Assembly (NCBI GenBank): GCA_024137785.1
Contig: JAHRHZ010000086.1
Span: forward strand, 7,433,747 to 7,497,746
DNA from: Ginglymostoma cirratum
Lineage: Eukaryota
Length of the DNA: 64,000 bases
Direction: 5' to 3'
Shown piece after piece: positions 60,501-64,000 of this stretch (the first letter of the stretch is position 1; every line of letters starts with the position of its first letter). The position numbers were made by a program, and so were the translations under genes. Below the pieces are notes generated by a model that had not been told where the DNA came from, searched no databases, and saw only the letters and a program-made list of their open reading frames with translations.

Positions 60501-63500
60501 CTACTGATCTGATTTCATTCTGTTCTGTAATTTTGTGGATCTGGAGTTTTTGACCGTAAAGGCTTAAGTTTAAAATTCAAAGTTTCACTTGTGTATATAA
60601 ATGAGCCACAGGATTATGCAGTCTACATTTTGTAGTGGAATCTGAGAGGTTATAAACATAACGACTGAAAATGGTCTTCTGTTCAAATGGATTTGCAATG
60701 TGTAAGGGGCTGTCATCTATTTGACAACTTCAATTTTCAGTTATCGTTATCATTGTAACTAAGTGGGGGAGGGGGGAAACTCCTCACAGTATACAGTATT
60801 GCAGATCATAGATGTTTATATTCCTCAGTCTGTGTTCAAAGTTATGGCTGCAAAGAAGGCCTACAAAAATAGGTTTGAAACTTGAGGTCTGTTTAGATGT
60901 TTAGAAGTTTAGTAGCAGAAGGGAAAAGCTGCCCAGTGAAGTTGAGCATCTCGAAGATGTGTTCGTTGATAACTGCATTTTTTTTTTACAAACATTCTTG
61001 TCTTGCTTTTTTAGGACAAGATATTTTGGACTGATATTGATCATGAAGCCATTTTCAGTGCTAACAGACTCACAGGAGGCGATATTCTAACAGTCATTGA
61101 GAACCTTGATGTTCCTCATGATATTGTTCTCTACCATCATCTCCGCCAACCCAAAGGTTAATAGTTTTAAGGATGTCACGCTTTCAAATGAGCTCAAGAA
61201 CATGCCAAGGGTCTATTTAGTCCACTGTGGACCTCCATTTTTAGCAAATAATTCTGTGGTTTGCCCTTCAGTACTCTTGTTGTTTCAACTTGAATACTAT
61301 CGTAGCTCAAAACACCCAGGGTGGTGGTGGTGGTGGTTGTTGTGGTTTGTTTGGTGTTTTTCTTTTTTTTTTGTTTTGTTTTGTTTTTTTTTTGTTCAAT
61401 CCCTCAATTGAAATTTCCTTTTTAAATCAAGGGAAAGATTGTGTGGGGCACTTCTGCCACTCTTTAAGCATTCTGTCGGATGTAGACATCTATTTGTTTG
61501 CAGTAAATTTCTTGTTGCATTGCTCCATTTCCAGATCTTGGAAAGAGCAGCAGATCGTCCCTTCCCCATCCAAAATAAAACTTCCTTTTACATGTTTTCT
61601 GTTACCTATTTATATCTCCTAATGTAGCTAATTGTGTAACTCATGGTGAAGCACTTGATGTTTCACTCTTTTACTCATTGTAGAAATGAAGGTAGTTGCA
61701 TTACGTATTTCTGTAAACATCCTGTAACCTATACTGTTTTTCACCTCTTCCAGGTATTAACTGGTGTGAACAGAATGGGCAGATAAATGGTGGCTGTGAA
61801 TACTTGTGCCTTCCAGCACCACAGATCAACGTTCATTCTCCAAAATACACTTGTGTTTGCCCTGATGGCATGCAGCTGGGGCCGGACATGAGAAAATGTA
61901 TTCCAGGTTAGTGTTTTTCTAATCTAAATGGATCTGTTTAATGGTTTGTTTAATTGAGTGGGTAAGTACTATAAAATACACTTCAAAAAAATCTTCTTGG
62001 TAGTCCTGCAGTGCCTCCATTTTCTAATGTATACCAAGACCTGGAAACTTCCATAATAGGATCTCCTTACTTGAAGGAATCTATTTTCAGGAGGCAAGAA
62101 AGAGTGGAAGAGGATACTGGGGAGCCTGTTGGAAGTCTTCGTAGATGAAATGGACACTTCAGTTTTCCTTTCTTTTTGAAAGGAATTATTTCTTGAATTT
62201 TTTTTTTGTTTTTTTTTTGTGTAATGAAATCACATTACACTGGGTGTTTTAAGTTCAACTTTTTTGATGCATCCATTGACCAACTTTATTTTTTCACCCT
62301 TTTAGCTACTGTCATGCCTACCAAATCAAGCACAGACAAAACTTTAAATGATCCTAACCATACTAAGACAGCTACAACCAGCAGCCCCACTACAACTAGG
62401 AAAATGATCTCCCAGACCTCCAACATTGCCTCAGACAGCACTGTACACTCAGCATTCCCTACTGTTCATGGGATGCTCACTGTTTCACATCAAGGTACAA
62501 ACCTTTACTTCTGTACTTGTGAATTTTTTTTTAAATGTTTGTTTGCACAAATTGCCCATACTCCCAGAGGACTTTTCAGGCAGCTTACTGTGCTAATTTT
62601 TCTCAGCAGGGGGTGAGATTGCAGTTAAAGCAGCTACAGAAGGCCACAGAGGAGCTAATGCCTTGTGGATTGTTTTGCCTCTTGGTAAGTAGGATTTCTT
62701 AAAATGAGCACATGAAGGAATTGTAGTTCTGGCTTGTGTAAATCCCAGCGAAACTACTCCCTTCTAAAGGAGGCGTTACTGAAAGCCTGCGATATTTATT
62801 TTTGTCAAGCTCTTGCTGTTAGCACATGTATTACCCAAGGTCACCTTTTGACTACCAATTTTTGTCCAGAAGGGTGCACTCTTTACGTAGAATTTGGTTT
62901 TGGGAAGGTGGTGGTGGTGATTTATGGGAGTGGACATTTTTGGTGTCAGTGTTGTTGTGTTTTTTTTAAAAGTATTATCCTATCCTGTCCAAAATCATCA
63001 TCATGCTCTGTGCTGAGATCTGTGCATGTGATGGTTAAACGCTCTCCTTTTCTTTCTAGCCATCCTGTCGTTGCTTGCTACTGCAGTTTATTTCATTTGG
63101 AAAAACTGGAAATTGAAGAACACCAACAGTATTAACTTCGATAACCCTGTCTACCAGAAAACCACTGAAGATGATGAAGTTCATATCACCCGGAACCAAG
63201 TTGGGTACACTTATCCTACGGTAAGGAGGCACATTTTTTTTTTTTAAAAAAAGCTATTGCTTCAGCCAGTCCTGTAGCAATGCTTGAAAACATACTTTTG
63301 GCCATCTCTGTCTCAGCCCTGGCAATTGTTCACCCTGGTGTTGCATGAATAGCAACCTGGCTTCTGATCAGCTTGTTTAGTCCAAAAACAAAATCAAAAA
63401 TTTTTGCTAAGATTTGGATTTGGCAAATTTTTGGAAATCCATGCACAAAAATCTAGTGTTGCACTATGATGCACAGAATGTGGCTTTTAAGCTTTTTTTT

Positions 63501-63872
63501 TTTTGTAAAACTTCATCCCTCCATGTGTACAGGCTGTATTTTCTTATTCGAGCAAAGCAAGACAGTTAGCAGTATTATACATACTATCTTGGTACTGCCA
63601 AACACTGGCAGGTCTACAGTGCACAAGTTGACCGCAAGTGGACTTGTATTAAACAAATATAGATGACAACCCATTCTTTTTCAAAGTGTTTTTTTTTTTT
63701 TCAATTCTGTACTATTTTGATTAAAAGTTCAGACAGTTTGAGTTTGACTTTTTTCCTTCTTTGTTTTAAACCATTCTCCACTAACCCTCTAACTATTCAG
63801 TTTCCACTTAACTGAAGTTTGTTTTTGCCTTTGCAGAGAGCTGTCGTGAGTTTAGAAGATTATGGTGCTTGA
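48487..63872 (+). CDS. LDLR: Low-density lipoprotein receptor, complete CDS (18 exons, 2604 nt, 867 aa)
   Basis: Signal peptide, 7 LA repeats (VLDLR has 8), EGF-A/B, YWTD propeller, EGF-C, Thr/Ser-rich O-glycan exon, TM helix and FDNPVY tail. Exon sizes follow human LDLR. Lies downstream of SMARCA4. Confidence 0.96.
50270..50590 (+). mobile_element. Rex1/Babar-like LINE 3' end
   Basis: IIKDPSHP...[16 protein letters not shown]; catgtgacaa tail, with a similar tail near 44130. Confidence 0.55.
50968..51500 (-). mobile_element. HER1/CR1-type LINE 3' end
   Basis: atcatagagatgtacagcacagaaacagacc tail followed by reverse CR1 sequence. Confidence 0.7.
54609..54731 (+). CDS. LDLR: LDLR exon 2 (LA1)
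   Basis: 123 nt, [14 protein letters not shown]...CDDGSDE. Confidence 0.95.
54942..55064 (+). CDS. LDLR: LDLR exon 3 (LA2)
   Basis: 123 nt, [23 protein letters not shown]...GSDEENC. Confidence 0.95.
55173..55553 (+). CDS. LDLR: LDLR exon 4 (LA3-LA5)
   Basis: 381 nt, three LA repeats with the LA4-LA5 linker. Confidence 0.95.
55827..55949 (+). CDS. LDLR: LDLR exon 5 (LA6)
   Basis: 123 nt, [18 protein letters not shown]. Confidence 0.95.
56761..56883 (+). CDS. LDLR: LDLR exon 6 (LA7)
   Basis: 123 nt, ...[13 protein letters not shown]. Confidence 0.95.
57333..57452 (+). CDS. LDLR: LDLR exon 7 (EGF-A)
   Basis: 120 nt, [25 protein letters not shown]. Confidence 0.95.
57580..57705 (+). CDS. LDLR: LDLR exon 8 (EGF-B)
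   Basis: 126 nt, [24 protein letters not shown]. Confidence 0.95.
58226..58397 (+). CDS. LDLR: LDLR exon 9 (beta-propeller)
   Basis: 172 nt, [21 protein letters not shown]...IYWAD. Confidence 0.95.
58550..58875 (+). mobile_element. Near full-length HE1/V-SINE in LDLR intron 9
   Basis: tRNA head tggctcagtgattagcactgct...ggttcaattcc, V-domain, tail ctgtagggattctatga. Confidence 0.8.
59010..59237 (+). CDS. LDLR: LDLR exon 10
   Basis: 228 nt, [18 protein letters not shown]. Confidence 0.95.
59524..59642 (+). CDS. LDLR: LDLR exon 11
   Basis: 119 nt, [23 protein letters not shown]...WPNGITL. Confidence 0.95.
59910..60049 (+). CDS. LDLR: LDLR exon 12
   Basis: 140 nt, [10 protein letters not shown]...[10 protein letters not shown]. 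Confidence 0.95.
61015..61156 (+). CDS. LDLR: LDLR exon 13
   Basis: 142 nt, [21 protein letters not shown]. Confidence 0.95.
61754..61906 (+). CDS. LDLR: LDLR exon 14 (EGF-C)
   Basis: 153 nt, [24 protein letters not shown]. Confidence 0.95.
62306..62494 (+). CDS. LDLR: LDLR exon 15 (O-linked sugar domain)
   Basis: 189 nt, Thr/Ser-rich, ends LTVSHQ; phase 1/1. Confidence 0.9.
62607..62684 (+). CDS. LDLR: LDLR exon 16 (juxtamembrane and TM start); alternative start at 62610
   Basis: 78 nt, ...[10 protein letters not shown], |gtaagt; acceptor cag|cag|. Confidence 0.9.
63060..63220 (+). CDS. LDLR: LDLR exon 17 (TM and cytoplasmic tail with FDNPVY)
   Basis: 161 nt, [26 protein letters not shown]. 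Confidence 0.96.
63837..63872 (+). CDS. LDLR: LDLR exon 18 coding part ([11 protein letters not shown])
   Basis: gcag|AGA...TGA, 36 nt; compare human RQMVSLEDDVA*. Confidence 0.92.
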   Translation, partial: RAVVSLEDYGA

Positions 63873-64000
63873 TACAAGGAGCCTGACAAAGTGCCTCTGG
63901 AGTGATTGCTGCTTATGGATCTAGACTTTAATGCTGCTGTTTGCAGATACCCTACAGTACTATCAAGTGGGGTTTTTTTGGTTTTTAAACTCCTTCCACT

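Noticed and set aside
62055-62085. Small hairpin ATAGGATCTCCTT...AAGGAATCTAT in LDLR intron 14
   Set aside because: Short and imperfect; expected by chance.
48487-63872. VLDLR or LRP8 assignment
   Set aside because: Seven LA repeats, Leu at the EGF-A specificity position, [13 protein letters not shown] tail and adjacency to SMARCA4 fit LDLR.

Overview
Vertebrate genomic DNA, very probably a shark or other cartilaginous fish (inferred from HE1/V-SINE, Deu-SINE, CR1/L2 and Penelope-like repeats). Two spliced genes lie on the + strand. The first is the 3' part of SMARCA4/BRG1: 14 coding exons at 896-34593 encoding 621 aa (helicase C-lobe, SnAC, AT-hook, bromodomain), then a 3' UTR to about 35.4 kb. 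After a ~13 kb repeat-rich spacer with a 400-N gap comes a complete LDLR coding region (18 exons, 48487-63872, 867 aa) with a CpG-rich Sp1/SRE promoter. This is the SMARCA4-LDLR order seen in human. Most ORF-track entries are spurious or repeat-derived. The most interesting unexplained signals are: TSD-flanked palindromic Penelope-like elements carrying minimal hammerhead-ribozyme cores; a candidate 45-nt frame-preserving SMARCA4 cassette exon followed by a structured RNA element; a mirror-image GC-box/NF-Y module in LDLR intron 1; and a decayed Harbinger transposon with a Myb/SANT remnant. Exon coordinates were read by hand from GT/AG sites and reading frame. Repeat boundaries are approximate, and family names and human comparisons come from recall, not from a search.
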